Below, one piece after another: positions 1-13,480 of a stretch of 64,000 nt of DNA. The stretch comes from Epiperipatus broadwayi (lineage: Eukaryota; Animalia; Onychophora). Below the pieces are notes generated by a model. The model was given only the letters and a program-made list of their open reading frames with translations. It was not told the DNA's origin and did no database searches. Where the stretch lies: contig JAQFVV010000011.1 in assembly GCA_028023455.1 (NCBI GenBank), positions 4,340,001 to 4,404,000 on the forward strand. Direction: 5' to 3'. The translations under genes were made by a program, and so were the position numbers. Positions within the stretch are counted from its first letter, which is position 1. Every line of letters starts with the position of its first letter.

Positions 1-1517
1 CCTGGATTATTTCTTTTTTTTTATATTTATAAAATTTCATTATTATTGGTATAACATCTGTGGGGTGGCATGAAAGACTGGAATTTGTGTATTCATATTC
101 TGTATAATAAATTCACTTTTGGTTATGCTGTTAAAACAAAACCCATCATCTGCTGCCAATTTAGTTATTAATTCAACCAAAATCTATTATGATACAAATT
201 TCATAATTGCTTCATTATTAATGTAACTATCAAAGCATCTTTTGATTTGCTCGGAACTGTTTCCAGTATTTGGATCATTGTTAAATTTTTCCCATTTTTT
301 AGTCATGCATAATTTTAAGATATATGTGAATACTAGAACTTTAACATGAAAGAATTTTTTTGACCAAAAGTGTAGGCTGTCAATCACTTATATTACTTTT
401 CTTTACAAAATATTGCCAACATTTCTTGTCAATTTTCTCATGCTGATAGAATATATTTAAAAAATTAAAAGAAAAAATAAAGTATCAATAAAGATCTAAA
501 AAATAAGATTTAATGTTCATTTAAATAACTAATACCCATTCTTTCCATCTTTAAGTTTAAAATGTTTTTGTAAGTTGCTATGGGAATATAATCAAAGTAA
601 AATAATGATTAAAATTATTTATTCAAACTATTTGTTAGATATAATTAAATAAACTGAATGAAAATATCTAGAGAAACAAAAACTAAATGAAAATAATAAT
701 TTGCATAACACCACTAATGGACATCAAACAAAAATAGTGAGAATTCAAAATTAAATAAATCAATATGATACAATGGGCAAATAACTTATGTCAGTAAAAC
801 TATTGTTATCTATAATGAATTTTTTTTCTGAACTTCTACTCAGAACAGAAATAACGAAAGCACAAATGATATCGATTGATCACAATATACAGGGGCTTTG
901 AACAAATCCAAAATTGCTCTGCAGAATTACTTTACGATGGATCTTATACTATTTTCACTTACCGTTGTCATTTTATTTGAAACAAATTTTTATCAGTGCC
1001 ATGCTTATAAAGTAAAATATTGAAATTAATTTTCATAAATTTTATAGAATATTTTTCAGGAATTTGTCAAGTTGTGTAATTTTTTGAGAAATGAGATATC
1101 AAAACTTTACATTTTTTTTTTGAGAAATTCTTGAAAAGAAACACTATGCAAGCAATTTATTATAGGTTTATATTGTTGGTAGATCATATATCTGTATACT
1201 CCTGAGTAAAATTTCAATTGATAATTAAACCCTAAAAATTGCCAACTTTGATTTTCAATTTTGAAATGTTACTAGGGCATAGAATTTTTTTAAAAAATGA
1301 TGTCTAATTCTTGGATTTATTTTTAAAAAAAAGATTATATGTGTTAAATAATATATGGGCATTTTTTTTGATTACATAATCATTTCACACTATACTATAT
1401 TTTAAACATTTGATTGATCCCATTTTTTTTTTAACTGCAGTCTACATATCTGTATGATTTTCTAAACAGATAAGTAACATTACAAATAAGCATGTTTGAT
1501 GCTTTTTCTTTGTTTAG

Positions 1518-1613
1518 TTATCCACCCTTTTTTGATGACAATCCATTTGGTATTTATGAAAAAATTTTAGCTGGTAAAATTGAGTGGCCCCGTCATCTTG
1601 ATCCTGTAGCAAA
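1518..1613 (+). CDS. PRKX: PRKX/Pka-C3 kinase, internal coding exon (gene 5' part lies outside the window)
   Basis: tttag|TTATCCACCC...GCAAA|gtaagt. Encodes (G)YPPFFDDNPFGIYEKILAGKIEWPRHLDPVA(K), matching the PRKX/Pka-C3 kinase C-lobe. Phase 2 at both ends. Confidence 0.95.
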
Positions 1614-1769
1614 GTAAGTAGAATTTTTTTTTTAATCTTTATATTTCATTATGACATTATCCTCTGCCATTCTAAATATTAATATAAAAAATACTAAAAC
1701 AATATTTAAATATAAAATTTAGAAAGATTTATTGTACCAAATATACTTACAAGGTTTTTGCTTTATATT

Positions 1770-1920
1770 CAAGATTAGTCTTGGCTAATCATGAATATGA
1801 TGCGAAAGCGTTAAATGTATACTTGATATAATAAATCATGCGAAAGTGTTGAAAGTATACTTGGTATAATTAATCTTTCTAAATTTTATATTTAAACTCT
1901 GTTTTCATATTTTTTACATT
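1770..1920 (+). mobile_element. Short fragment homologous to the 3' end of the 61.4-kb Penelope remnant, with a roughly 50-bp internal duplication
   Basis: ATGCGAAAGTGTTGAAAGTATACTTGGTATAATT (two tandem variants) matches the reverse complement of about 61445-61485 (ATGTGAAAACATTGAAAGTATACTTGGTACAATT). Confidence 0.5.
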
Positions 1921-1950
1921 AATATAGCTATATATATATATTATGTAACC

Positions 1951-2376
1951 CAGGGGTCCCCAACCCTATGCCCGCGGGCACCATGGCGCCCGCAGACCAT
2001 TTTTTGTGTGCCCGCAGCCATCCGAACACGATAAAAAATTATCAGATACAAATAATATAGATCTCGACTGAGTGATGAACATCTTGATGATTGCTTACTA
2101 GCAGTAATATCATCATATTCGCCTAATTATGAAGCAATTGCCAATGAAGTGCAGTGCCAAAGATCACATTGACTTGTAATATTATATATAATTTAGTAAT
2201 TTACACAAAAATATAAACGTTAATTATATGTTAAAATTTTATTTTTGAAATAAATATTTTTTTGTACATTATTAACAATATCCAACTATAAATTTACATT
2301 AAAAAAATAAATGGTGCCTGCCATCTGGCGGTATTATAGAATGTGCTCTTAAGTGCAAAAAGGTTGGGGACCCCTG
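1951..2376 (+). mobile_element. Non-autonomous hAT (SPIN/Charlie-like) element
   Basis: TIRs CAGGGGTCCCCAACC...GGTTGGGGACCCCTG and a perfect 8-bp TSD ATGTAACC (1943-1950, 2377-2384). Internal relic SRLSDEHLDDCLLAVISSYSPNYEAIANEVQCQRSH* resembles the SPIN/GTF2IRD2-type transposase C-terminus. Confidence 0.92.
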
Positions 2377-2710
2377 ATGTAACCTAAAATTCTTATTTGC
2401 CCAAGTTTTATTATGTTATTTGTTTTTTTATTCATTATTTTTTCTATTTAGTCATTTTTTGTATGCATCGTTTTTTATACTCATCTATACTTTTCATGTA
2501 AATATTCTCTTTCTTTTATCAGTCATCTTTTTCAGATTTATTTCTAAATATTTTAAATTTTTATTAGCTTTTATTATTTATTACAATTTGTTTTTTAATT
2601 TTTATTTTAAAAGAAAAAATAAAAAAAAGTTGGAATTTTTTTGTCCATTTAAACAGAATTCTCTTCAACAATTACAATATTTTTTATTATTTTCTTCTTT
2701 TTTTTTTCAG

Positions 2711-2768
2711 AGATCTGATTAAAAAATTACTGGTTCATGACAGGACAAAAAGATTAGGCAATATGAAG
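2711..2768 (+). CDS. PRKX: PRKX/Pka-C3 coding exon
   Basis: tttcag|AGATCTG...ATGAAG|gtaagt. Encodes (K)DLIKKLLVHDRTKRLGNMK, phase-compatible with both neighbours. Confidence 0.95.
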
Positions 2769-5700
2769 GTAAGTTTACATATATATATAGAATTGCATTG
2801 TTTTATAATTGCAAATTACTGTTATAATACATATGTGCGTATACCATTATTTATTATTCTGTTTGAATATACTTTTGTTTTTTTCATTGAAATAAATACA
2901 TTTTTTTCATTTTAGATCACAAAAATTGGTAATTTTGTAAGAAAATTTAAAACTTGCTAGCGAAAGTAAAAAATATTTATTACTATACAATAATCATGTT
3001 TTAGTATATTATTTGGCAATCTCATAGGAAAAAAAAAAGTTACTTTATATTGGAAATTGTGAAAAAGTGTTAATTTATATGGGAAATTGTTTAACTGCAA
3101 ATAGAAATTATTTATTAACCTATTTTTGGATGTTGTTAGAAAAGATTTAAAGGAAAGTTTTCTATTCATTTACAAATTGTCATATGATATTTCAATTTTT
3201 TTTTCTCTTTGTACATCATTAAAAAATGGATTTAAGTTGTGTAAGTGGCAAAGTTTAATTAATTATTACTTTGAAATAAAAACTTAATTCATGCATGTAT
3301 ATCTCTCTCTATAGATTTTCACTTGCATCTGGAACATCACCTAAATACTTTTTTTAAAGACTACAATGAAAATTGAAAAATATGAAATTTTAAATAAATT
3401 CTGCATTAAATGAGTGTATCAGATTTTAATTCTTAAAGTTACATTTTTATTCTTTAATTGAAAAAAAAAAAAAGATATTATTTAGACATTACATCATAAA
3501 ATTTGAACCAGCTAGTTTAAATAAAGGCTACATTACATATATTTATATCTGGAATAAATTATTCATATAAATAAATTGGTCAGTTATGCTTGTAATAAAT
3601 TAGAAGAATAAATTAAAAATATTTTTTGACAATATACATATTTTTACATTTTATTTTGAAATAGTTAATTATAGTATGAAAATTTATTCATGCAGATACA
3701 ATATTTTTAATCCAGTTACTGAAAATTTAGCAACTTCTAAAAGTCAAATAAAATTGTGACAAAACTGTAAATTTTTGTAACTGCCAGAGTTTCATAATTA
3801 TAGCATTTTTTATTTAATCTTGAATATGTACATATTTTTTTAAAAAGTTATAAATATAGTATACTAAAAAAAATAATATACTATACATCTAGTTCTTGAT
3901 ATACAGTAAAAAGTTGTAAATTTTTATTACTATAACATATTAAAATGTAATGTTTTTAATAAATCATGCGATGTAATATAAATATCTTCATATAACAGCA
4001 ATAATTATATATATATAATAACAATACTAATACAGAAAAGCTCTTTTCAGTAAATATTGGTTTTTACCCTTTTCAGTGTGTTGGAACTATTTACAATTTA
4101 AATATATATTGCGTACATAACGGCATCTATCTCTTTTATATAAAACCAGATGTGCTCGGCCTATAAAAGCTGTGATTTTTTTAATTGGTTGTTTTAATAA
4201 ATTTTTTTAAAGGTTTAATGTAAATTAAACAAAAGATTTTAATATTATATAAATAAATGTGAGAATTGTACACCAGGCTGAAAGGCCATCGTTTTGACTT
4301 CAATTATGCGTTAATCAAAACTTAATGTAAATATGGTACTATAGCATAACCCCCCCCCCCCTAAATATCACATTTTCTTCAGGATTTAAATAGTATACCT
4401 TTGTAATTAAAAGCGCATGCACTGATTTTTTTCTGAGCATTTTTTATTAATGGCAGAATTATTTTCTTCTCGTAAATGTAATAGTTTTTTAATTGTCTGA
4501 AAGGCCATCATTTTTGTAATAATTTTTTTTAAGATTTAGTATAAACTAAATAAAAGATTTTAATGTTATATAATCCTGCATGAAAGGTCTTATTTTCTAT
4601 TACAGTTTATTAATGGCAGAATTACTTCCTAGCTGGCCTGAAAGACTGTTAGTGGTTGCTTTAACAATTTTTTCTTGCTTTGTGGAATTATTTGCTTTGA
4701 ATAAAATGATTGCAATCAAATTAAGCCTCTAAATTTAAATTTTTAAATAAACTTGTTATATTTGATATATGAATTTGACGATGTTATGGCCAACTATTAA
4801 TGGTGGAATTACTTCCTTCGCTTAAAATAGTCTTCGTAATAATAATTTGACATGTGATAACCTTGCGGACAAACATTCACAGGAAACACATGACAGCCTC
4901 ACAGACACATTCATATGAATTTTATATATATAGATTAATTAGAACCTATTATAGCAATAATGTAATATGTGCAAGGAAGAGAAGAAAAAAAATCTGTTAA
5001 TTTTTATGTTGAAGATATTTTTTAAAAATATATAGTATTTGAAACATCTTTTTAATAGTATATTCTGCAATAAAAGTGTTGAAATTAATAAAATTTATTC
5101 TATTACTAATGAATGAAAGAAATTTATTTCCAATTATTTTTTATAATTTGAATTATTACTCAATTTTATTCAGTATATGAAATAAGGAAAATTAGTTTTC
5201 AGCTAATGAATAAAAGAAAGATATGTTCTTCCTTAAAAGTATAATGTATTTAAAATATTTTGCATAGTTGTGTGGAATTCAGGATTTAATTTTTTTTTTT
5301 CAAGAAAGCAACAATTAACTTTAACTTACAGCTTTTTAAAAACGTTTTATAGGAGTTAATTGTAAAAGATAAATTAATTTTAAAGATAAATTTTATAGAA
5401 CATTATGAGGCGAGAGAAAACTACAAATTGGTAAATAAACTGACTCACATTGGGAGAAAAAATAAATTGGTATATGTTATTTCTTTTAGTATTGTTATTA
5501 TTTAATATTTAATAATTATAAAGAAGAGATAACTAAATAACTGTTATTATTTGATAATAATAAGGAAAGTTTTAATTGTTAAATTTTAAAAAAGATTTTT
5601 GTATTGATAGTAACAAACTAACTTTAATTGTTAAATTTTACTAATCATTACAGAAATAAACAAAGGAAAAAAAAAATTAGTAAGTTCTTTTTGCAATTAT

Positions 5701-7335
5701 TACTATATAAAGATATTATGTTGATATAAAAAATTCAGCATACCCAACATATAAACATGTATCCAATATTATTGATATTAAAATTAAAAATTCAATATTA
5801 ATTTTACAGAACATTATAAAAATAAGAGAAAAATTCAAATTGACAAATAAATCTGACCTGCATTTTAAACAAGAGAACAAAGGAAGCAGGCAGTAAATTG
5901 GCGTATGTTTTTTTCTTCTTTTTAATTAAGTGTTATATAAAAATTATTTAATAAGATATTTAAATTAATAAATACAATATTATTTCAAAAGGGTGGTATG
6001 TCTATTAATGAAGAAATGAGAAATGTATTTTGAATTATTATTGTGTGTTCATGTAATCTATGGAGATTAGTCAGTCAAGAGTGCCATATTAATAGTATTT
6101 CATCTGTATTTAATTTTTTTAACACAATGACAACTTTAGACAGAACTCAGTTTTAAAATAAGAATTTGATGAATATAATTTTTTTTTTAAAAAAATTGTA
6201 TCTTATTTTTGATTTTCTTTTTTGCGAAATTGTACTTAAATTGAAAATTTAAATTTATTTAAGTACCTATTCTGCCTTTTTCCAAAGTTCCTAAAAATTG
6301 AAATAATGTTATTGCTTAATTATAAAGCATGGTAAAACATTGAAAAATAATTCTGATTTATTTGAATGTTAATATTGTTTTGGTAATAAAATTAATAAAT
6401 AATATATAAATGCTATATGTTTATATATGGTACTTTTTAATATTTCTAAAGTATATTCATTTTAAATATTACAAAAATGAAAACTAAATAATTAATTGAA
6501 TAGTTTATTATTCGGGAATCCGAATGAAATTCAAGTATAAAACCAAATATTATCATCTGCCATTATTTTCAATCTAACGAATCTTCAAGTTCCTTAATAG
6601 TTTTTTTTAATCAAAAAATATTAGTTTTACAAATAATTTAATAATCAGAACAAAGTTACTTTGCTAAGGATCTTTAATATAGTTTTTTTTTAAAAAAATA
6701 TGAATATTTAAGTAAATAGCTTGCATATATGCAAATTTATAATTATATGCAATTATGCTACATACAAATGCAAATATTTCTTAAAAATTTACAATTACAA
6801 AATAATGCAAAATAATGACCGTTATTATAGCATTACAACATATGCAATTAAAAAACATATACATTTCACTGTGAAAATTATATTTATTGATTAATAATGC
6901 CAGTAATTATTAGTTATAAGCTTGTGTGTTTCAGTTATTATAATAGCAAGATAATTATAATATTTTGTTGCACTTTTTACAAAAAAGATAAGAAAATATA
7001 AATTAAATAAATAAAAATAATAAAATTAGATATAAAATCTATCCATTGCGCTGCTTTTACAAAAGAAATGGCATTTGAAAGAAAATTTAATTCTCTTTTT
7101 AATGCAGTTTTTTATGTATGGGTAATATTATTTATAGGATGAGAACACAACAGATTTATTATATACACATTTATATGAACTTGCTTTAAAATGAGTTGCT
7201 TAAATTGGATTTTACATTTTATGTATATGTGAAATTTTAAGTTAATATATATTTTTTCTATAATTATATTGATATTTGCGCTTACATGCTATAATCAGAA
7301 AAGCTTAATATTGTACTGAATTCATACTTATTGAG

Positions 7336-8100
7336 ACTTAGCGCTTTCGAGGGCAAAGTATGTTCTCATATTCATAGCATTAATGTATGCATGATAGTGT
7401 TTACTTCTAGATATAGGTCATAAGTTGTTTAAATTTATGTAAATTATATTGTCCATTTCTTCGAGAGGGGGAAGCAAAATTCCTTCCTATTTATAGTGTT
7501 AGCTATATGCTAAGCCTCTTTAATTATCTGCTTGCAGTCATTTCACTCGATGCATGCAATGATGGCATCTATGGGCTCAAATGTGTGGTCCATTATATGC
7601 TGATGCTCAAGAAAGATCGACTTATGTTCAGGATTATTTATGGCTCATTTGTAGAGATATTTGTGTTGAGATATGCATGTAATTCACCATAATAGATAGA
7701 CCTGCATCCTGTCTGGGAGCATGTAATTTTATATACAGTGAGTGGAGTTTGGTCATTATGAAATCTGTCCTTAGAATTATTTATATGCCAATAGCTTACT
7801 CAATGTGTTTGTGAGCATATTAGGTGGTGGTTTCTCCTAAAGAAATGATAAACTGGTGTATTTATAAAAAATGAAGAGAGATGGATTTGGGATACATGTC
7901 CTCTCTTATCTGTAACAGCTTAATGTCCATTTCGTAATTTAGCTGAGATTATCTCTCTGAATTTGGAAACCTAAATATTTTAGCTACCTTTGCTGAGTCT
8001 TTCCATTCGATTGTTAATGTTAATGCTGATTTGGCTTTGAAGTCATTTTTAATTTTGTAAGGAATTCTGGACAGCATATAAACATATAACAGGTTAAAAG
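7336..8100 (-). mobile_element. Penelope-like element 3' remnant (GIY-YIG) with downstream hammerhead vestige
   Basis: Minus-strand VYKITCSQTGCRSIYYGE at 7683-7736, then frameshifted KSIFLEHQHIMDHTF...IIKEA. HHR vestige at 7336-7378. Upstream boundary approximate. Confidence 0.75.
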
Positions 8101-8841
8101 ATAATACAAATTCATGAAGTTTTATTCATTGCCAAGTTGAATATATGTAAAGTTCTCTTTTATAGGCTTATATTTTTGTTTGCTGTTGTATTTTTTATTA
8201 AATTTGTGTTCATTGGGTGAAGAGGGTAAATTTAACTCGTATTCAGTAGTTTATTTAATACAAAGTATCACCTGGTTCCTCTTCTATTTAAAATGTTCAC
8301 TGTCAGTGCCAATTCAATTTACATTATTCTGCTATAAAAACCAAAATATATGTGAGTAATCATTGGATGCAAAAGTAATATCTGACAGTTTCTGGTTATT
8401 GGTCTTTATCAATAAAAATCACTGGATTATATATATATATCCATTCAGAAGTTATATTTGATTATTTAAGCTAATGATTTGAAAGTTTTAGAAAGATCAC
8501 TTTTTCTATGTGAAAATTTTCAATGATTATTTGCTTTTTATATAAGGTTTATGTTATTTTGTTCTTTTTCGATACATATTTAATCAAATCTTAGGATATT
8601 TGAATAGTTTAAAGGCTTTAGCTTGAACAGCATAATAAGAAAAAAAGGGTTGCTAATAGTTGAATGTTTGCAATTCATAACTGTTCATTTATAAAAATCA
8701 AGTTAGAAATTAGTCTATTGCGTCTGTTTATGATCACCGTATGCTATGTTAATTCTTCATCCTTCATTGTTTTAATTTTATTGCATTAAATTTTCATTGA
8801 TTATTTGCTTCCTAATTTAATATGTATATTACTATTATTAT

Positions 8842-8945
8842 TTTTTTAAGTGTCATAGCATCGGCCGAGACGCAAACCCGCAACCTGGGAAACTGCCTGC
8901 AAGTGCAAGGCAGTCGCGCTGACCTCTCGACCACCAATGCAAGAC
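8842..8945 (-). mobile_element. Short tRNA-Gly-like SINE, copy 1
   Basis: Homologous to 19642-19745 with the same GTCTT leader and ATGACAC-polyA tail. TSD-like TATTATT on both sides. Confidence 0.75.
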
Positions 8946-9646
8946 TATTATTTTATTTTTCAATACATATTTTATCCATTTGTACATATATTTATAATGG
9001 AATATTTTATAGATCTTTTAATGTGTCTATGTGTTCTCTTCACTCTATTCCAGAGACATCTAATAAGTTTGAGTAATCTGTCAATATCAATTGGTATAGT
9101 GCTATAATATAAGACTGATTTTTTAAACTCTTTTCTTCATCAGAAAGTACTAAGATTCAAAGCTGGAACTGACAAATTTACATGTCGAGAAGCCACCTTT
9201 TACTCTTTTACATTAGTCATATTAGTGCCAGAATCCAGTCTGGGGATAATTATAGCATTAACCATCTGGTGCCATTAATTACTCATGATTACAATAAATG
9301 TCTCTATAATATGGTGTAGGAAATTGCTCGAAAAAGAATACGAGAAACTTACTGTTAAAATATGTGGTAGTTTACAAATATTGTTTAAATTTCTCAGCTA
9401 TGTTAAAACTGGTCTTCAAATTGTTTTTATTATATTTCAGGTATAAATTTCTAAATAAAAATTTTAGCACTTTATGCTATTTGCATGATTTTGGAGAAGA
9501 AAACTGTTCAGGTTTCAAAAAATTATTATTTTAAGTTGCTTGTTGACATTTGTTTACATAGTAGAAATGTTCTGAAAGTTATTTATATCAAATGGTATTT
9601 GTTCAACAATATGTTAAAAATATGTTTACTTTTTTTTTATTTCCAG

Positions 9647-9724
9647 AATGGTGCAGAAGATGTTAAAAGACATAAATGGTTCAAATCTGTGGATTGGGAA
9701 GAAGTTTTAAATAAGCAAATAAAA
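9647..9724 (+). CDS. PRKX: PRKX/Pka-C3 coding exon
   Basis: ttccag|AATGGT...ATAAAA|gtaatt. Encodes NGAEDVKRHKWFKSVDWEEVLNKQIK, phase 0/0. Confidence 0.95.
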
Positions 9725-11790
9725 GTAATTATTTATGACCTAAATAACTTACAATGTATATGTCTAGATTATTAGGGATAAGGTGTTTGAGTAATGAGTA
9801 ATAATTATGATGGTCTCGTGTAAATTTCTTTCTTTGTGATTTCCTATTAGTTTAATTACAGAATCCTCTTTCAGCAGAAAACATGCATGCATGTGTGCAA
9901 TGTTGTAAAAATATGAAAACTAGATGTAGTTCACTCCCATCTTCAAAATAATTTTTTTGCCAAACATTCCATTTAAGCAGTAAAACAAAAAGCAATTTTC
10001 TATTTTACTGCTGTCTAATCTAAAATAAAATATCAGTGAATATTCAAATGCATATATAATTCTTATCCTTTGAACCCCCATCTTCAGAGTAGTCTTTGCC
10101 TTTTTCATTGAGGTCTGGGATTCAAAGTTAGAAGAAAAGTGTATATGCATCCAGCAATTACTTTAAGGTTTTGAACCTAAGTCAATCTTGTACAGATCAA
10201 CTGTAGATTGCTTACTCTCTGGTTAGGAATATAATAAAAATCACAAAATACTCACCTTAACAAATAAAACAAAAGCTAGCTCTCCATTTTATTGCCATCT
10301 AGTGCATTCTTTCAAACTTTGATCCAGCCTCTTGTTGATAAAGACCGATTTGAGGATAGGGCTTTAAATACTGAGGATAGGAATTATATATGCATCTAGT
10401 AAGCACTGTTTACTCTAATTTCAACCAGATGGTAATTAAGTGGAGAGCTACTTCTCTTTTATTGGTTGATCTGAATGTTTGATTTTGTTACATTCCTGGC
10501 TACGAGGAAAAAAGTGCCTACAGTCAATGAAAAACTGAAGATACTAAAATATGTAGTTGCTTAACTGGTTTCAGAACTGTATGACTGTTCAAGCATATTG
10601 ACTTGGGTTCAAAACCATAGACAAATTTGTATTTCTAGCTTTAAGCTTGACAAGTAAAGGAAAGTTAAAGATGGTTACATATAAGCATTCCCTCTTATTT
10701 TAAATCCACGGCCTCATTATTACATTTTATGGTAATGTAACTTTGGCCCTCCTTGTAAGTAGTGTCAACAGTGTTAGCCACATAAAATAATAATGCGATG
10801 GCAATATATATATATTTTTAATTAGTGGCCAGCTTGGTGTTTTAAGGAAGGCTCTGGCAGTAATTTTATGAATTATCTCAACTCTATTTTTTTTTTTCAC
10901 TTAAAAGTTTTTTGTAGTAAGCAATAGCTTTTGCAAAAGCAATTTTAACTTTGCATAATTTTTTCAAAATCATGATCTAATTCTTTTATAGGCTGTAGTA
11001 GCATTCAGCATTGGTAATAGTATCTTACTTCTGTTGTTGTCATTTGTCTGATAACAGGCAATACATCAAAATGACACCTTTGTTCATAAAGCAATCTTTT
11101 CTGCTTCTCATTAAAAAAAAAAAAAGATTCCCAAGTTCAACTGAAAGTGAGTCAATTATATATTTCCCTAATCTTAATAACAGTTACAATATTTTCCTGA
11201 ATTATTACATTCTTTTATGTGATAAAAGACCTTTTCCATCAGCATTGTGCACATACTTCTGCCCATCTCTTTCGAATGATATTAATTACATTTAAAATTA
11301 TGTCTTTCTAAAATATTTTCAGGCTTTATCAGTGAAACTCTTAACTTCACCATATCACAGCCATCCACCAGCTCAGACCATCCTCTGTTACTGTATATAC
11401 ATTTTTGCAAAGAACCTTGCTTTCAGCCGAGCCTCTGAATCTTCATGCTTCTGTTGGAAACTTGATATTTTTCTGTTATACCATTTATTATGTTATGAAG
11501 ATTGCTTCATTTTTAGTTCTAAATAATCGGCTCTGATTGGCTTTACAATTCTTGTTAAAGGCTTCCTCACTTCTACTTTTACGCAATTAAGTAAATGTAA
11601 AGCCTTAGTATACATTATTGTTGGTTTGATCTTTAATCCAGATCTTTAAAATATTGCACTATTTGTATAAATATTAAAAATGTTCATAGCAATAGTGTTT
11701 TTAATTTTATTTAAATATCTTTCTTGATCATTTATGATGGTACTAATCTTAATCATATGCATGTTTTTTCAATACTTTTATGATATTTAT

Positions 11791-11944
11791 CACATGATCA
11801 CTGACGAAGGCCACAAGCCAGAAACTAGTCTGGGGATATTGGATGAGTAGGCATTAGATAGGGATTTTATGCACAAGCCTTCTGGCATCCATTGATTACT
11901 CTGTTTAGCACAGGTGGCAATACTGTATGGAGAGTTTTGCTCTG
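11791..11944 (+). mobile_element. Family A HHR element (154 bp) with hammerhead at about 11798-11833
   Basis: CTGACGA-A-GGC cacaa GCC-A-GAAA-CTAG-TC-TGG with ACTAGT palindromic stem III. 14-bp TSD TTTATGATATTTAT (11777-11790, 11945-11958). Confidence 0.85.
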
Positions 11945-13036
11945 TTTATGATATTTATATTAAATGTAGAACACATTTATTTAATAATTAACACAAAAAT
12001 ATCAAATGTAGACTATTGTTTATAGGCACTGAAAAATAATCTGATACATCTGTACCAATAATGGGTGCATAATTTAAAATCAATGGCATTACAGCAATAA
12101 GCAAATAAGTGAACTGTTATATTGAAGTATTGCTGTAAATTTTTCTCTTAATTTCCCTTTGTTATTTTTGCTGTGATAAAATAGAAACATATATAGCGCT
12201 TACATCAAATTAAACCTTGATAATTTACACATATTTGTGCCTTGCAGTAGTATTTTGTTGCCTGGAGCCATTGTAGTATATTTATTCAACATACAGTTGA
12301 ATGTATTTATGAGTGTTTGCAGTTACATATTAAATTATTTCCATTATCTAATTGAATTGTTAAATTTTTTTAAAAAAATTCAAACTTTATTTATATTTTT
12401 CCCAATAGCATTCAATGTTAATAATAACTTAAAAGTTAGTATTACTAACAATGGAATAAATTTGAAAAAGTATAAATAAATTTAGACTTTTTCTAAAAAC
12501 ATTTAACATTTCAACTAATTGATGGAAGTAACTCTACATACGACTACAAAAATGCCACCCTCACAAATCTTCAGACAAGCCAATAAGGGGAGCAAAGAAC
12601 ATTATATAATTCATTTTATATTTTAATGATTTTAATATTTGACACACATAATTGCAATTAATCAATGAAATATACAATACTGGTATCTATATAAACCAAA
12701 TTGTTTAATTATATGAAATTTATTTGTCTAGATTTCATCTCCATGAAATCCTGCATCAAATCAGCATAATTTTACAATATTTAAATATCATTTTCAATAG
12801 ATATTATAGCCATATCCATTAGTCCTTGTTTAATTGATGATCTTAAATAATTCTTTTATAATTTTTAATTTAGAAAAACTGTGTTCTCTGCAAGATTTTG
12901 ATAAAATTAGCAATTCGTTGTAGGCAAATCCACAAATGGCTCAGTATTGTGATTCCATTTCAGAGAAAATTATTCATATTGAGGAAGTTTCTGACAATGA
13001 TATTATCTATTATTAATCAATAATGAATGTAAATCT

Positions 13037-13480
13037 CTAATCATCACATGGTCATTCTTTATGCTTACACAACACTCTTTCCATATAGTAACACCACTCA
13101 GTGTAAGCCAGAATAATTAATGGGTGCAGGAAGGTTTGTGCATAAAATCCCTATCTAGTGCCTACTCATCCAGTATCTCTAGACTAGTTTCTAGCTTGCG
13201 GCTTTAAGAAGTCTTGGATCTGAGAACATTGCACCTAGAACTTAGGATCTAATGCAACCCTCACCTTTTACCTTAGTTAACTATAAAACTTTGATTCCAA
13301 AATGAAAACACAATAATGTTTTCAATTCGAGCTCATTAGCTTGTATAGGCATACATATTTGAACTCAGTTCAGCATCCATACTTTTTTTATCCATATTAG
13401 ATAGGAATTTTATGCACAAACCTTCCTGCATCCATTGATTACCGAGTGGCACTATTATATAGAGTTTTGCCTCTGTCATA
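13037..13480. mobile_element. Family A element with inverted ends, HHR core lost
   Basis: About 13070-13160 is the reverse complement of about 13397-13475. Retains GAAACTAGTC on - but has no CTGANGA. 11-bp TSD AATGTAAATCT (13026-13036, 13481-13491). Confidence 0.8.

Noticed and set aside
9113-9145. Minus-strand CTGATGA...AAAATCAGTC and nearby GCCAGAATCCAGTCTGGGGAT (about 9227-9248)
   Set aside because: The first has no stem II or GAAA. The second looks like a decayed family A scrap without a core and is too short to call.
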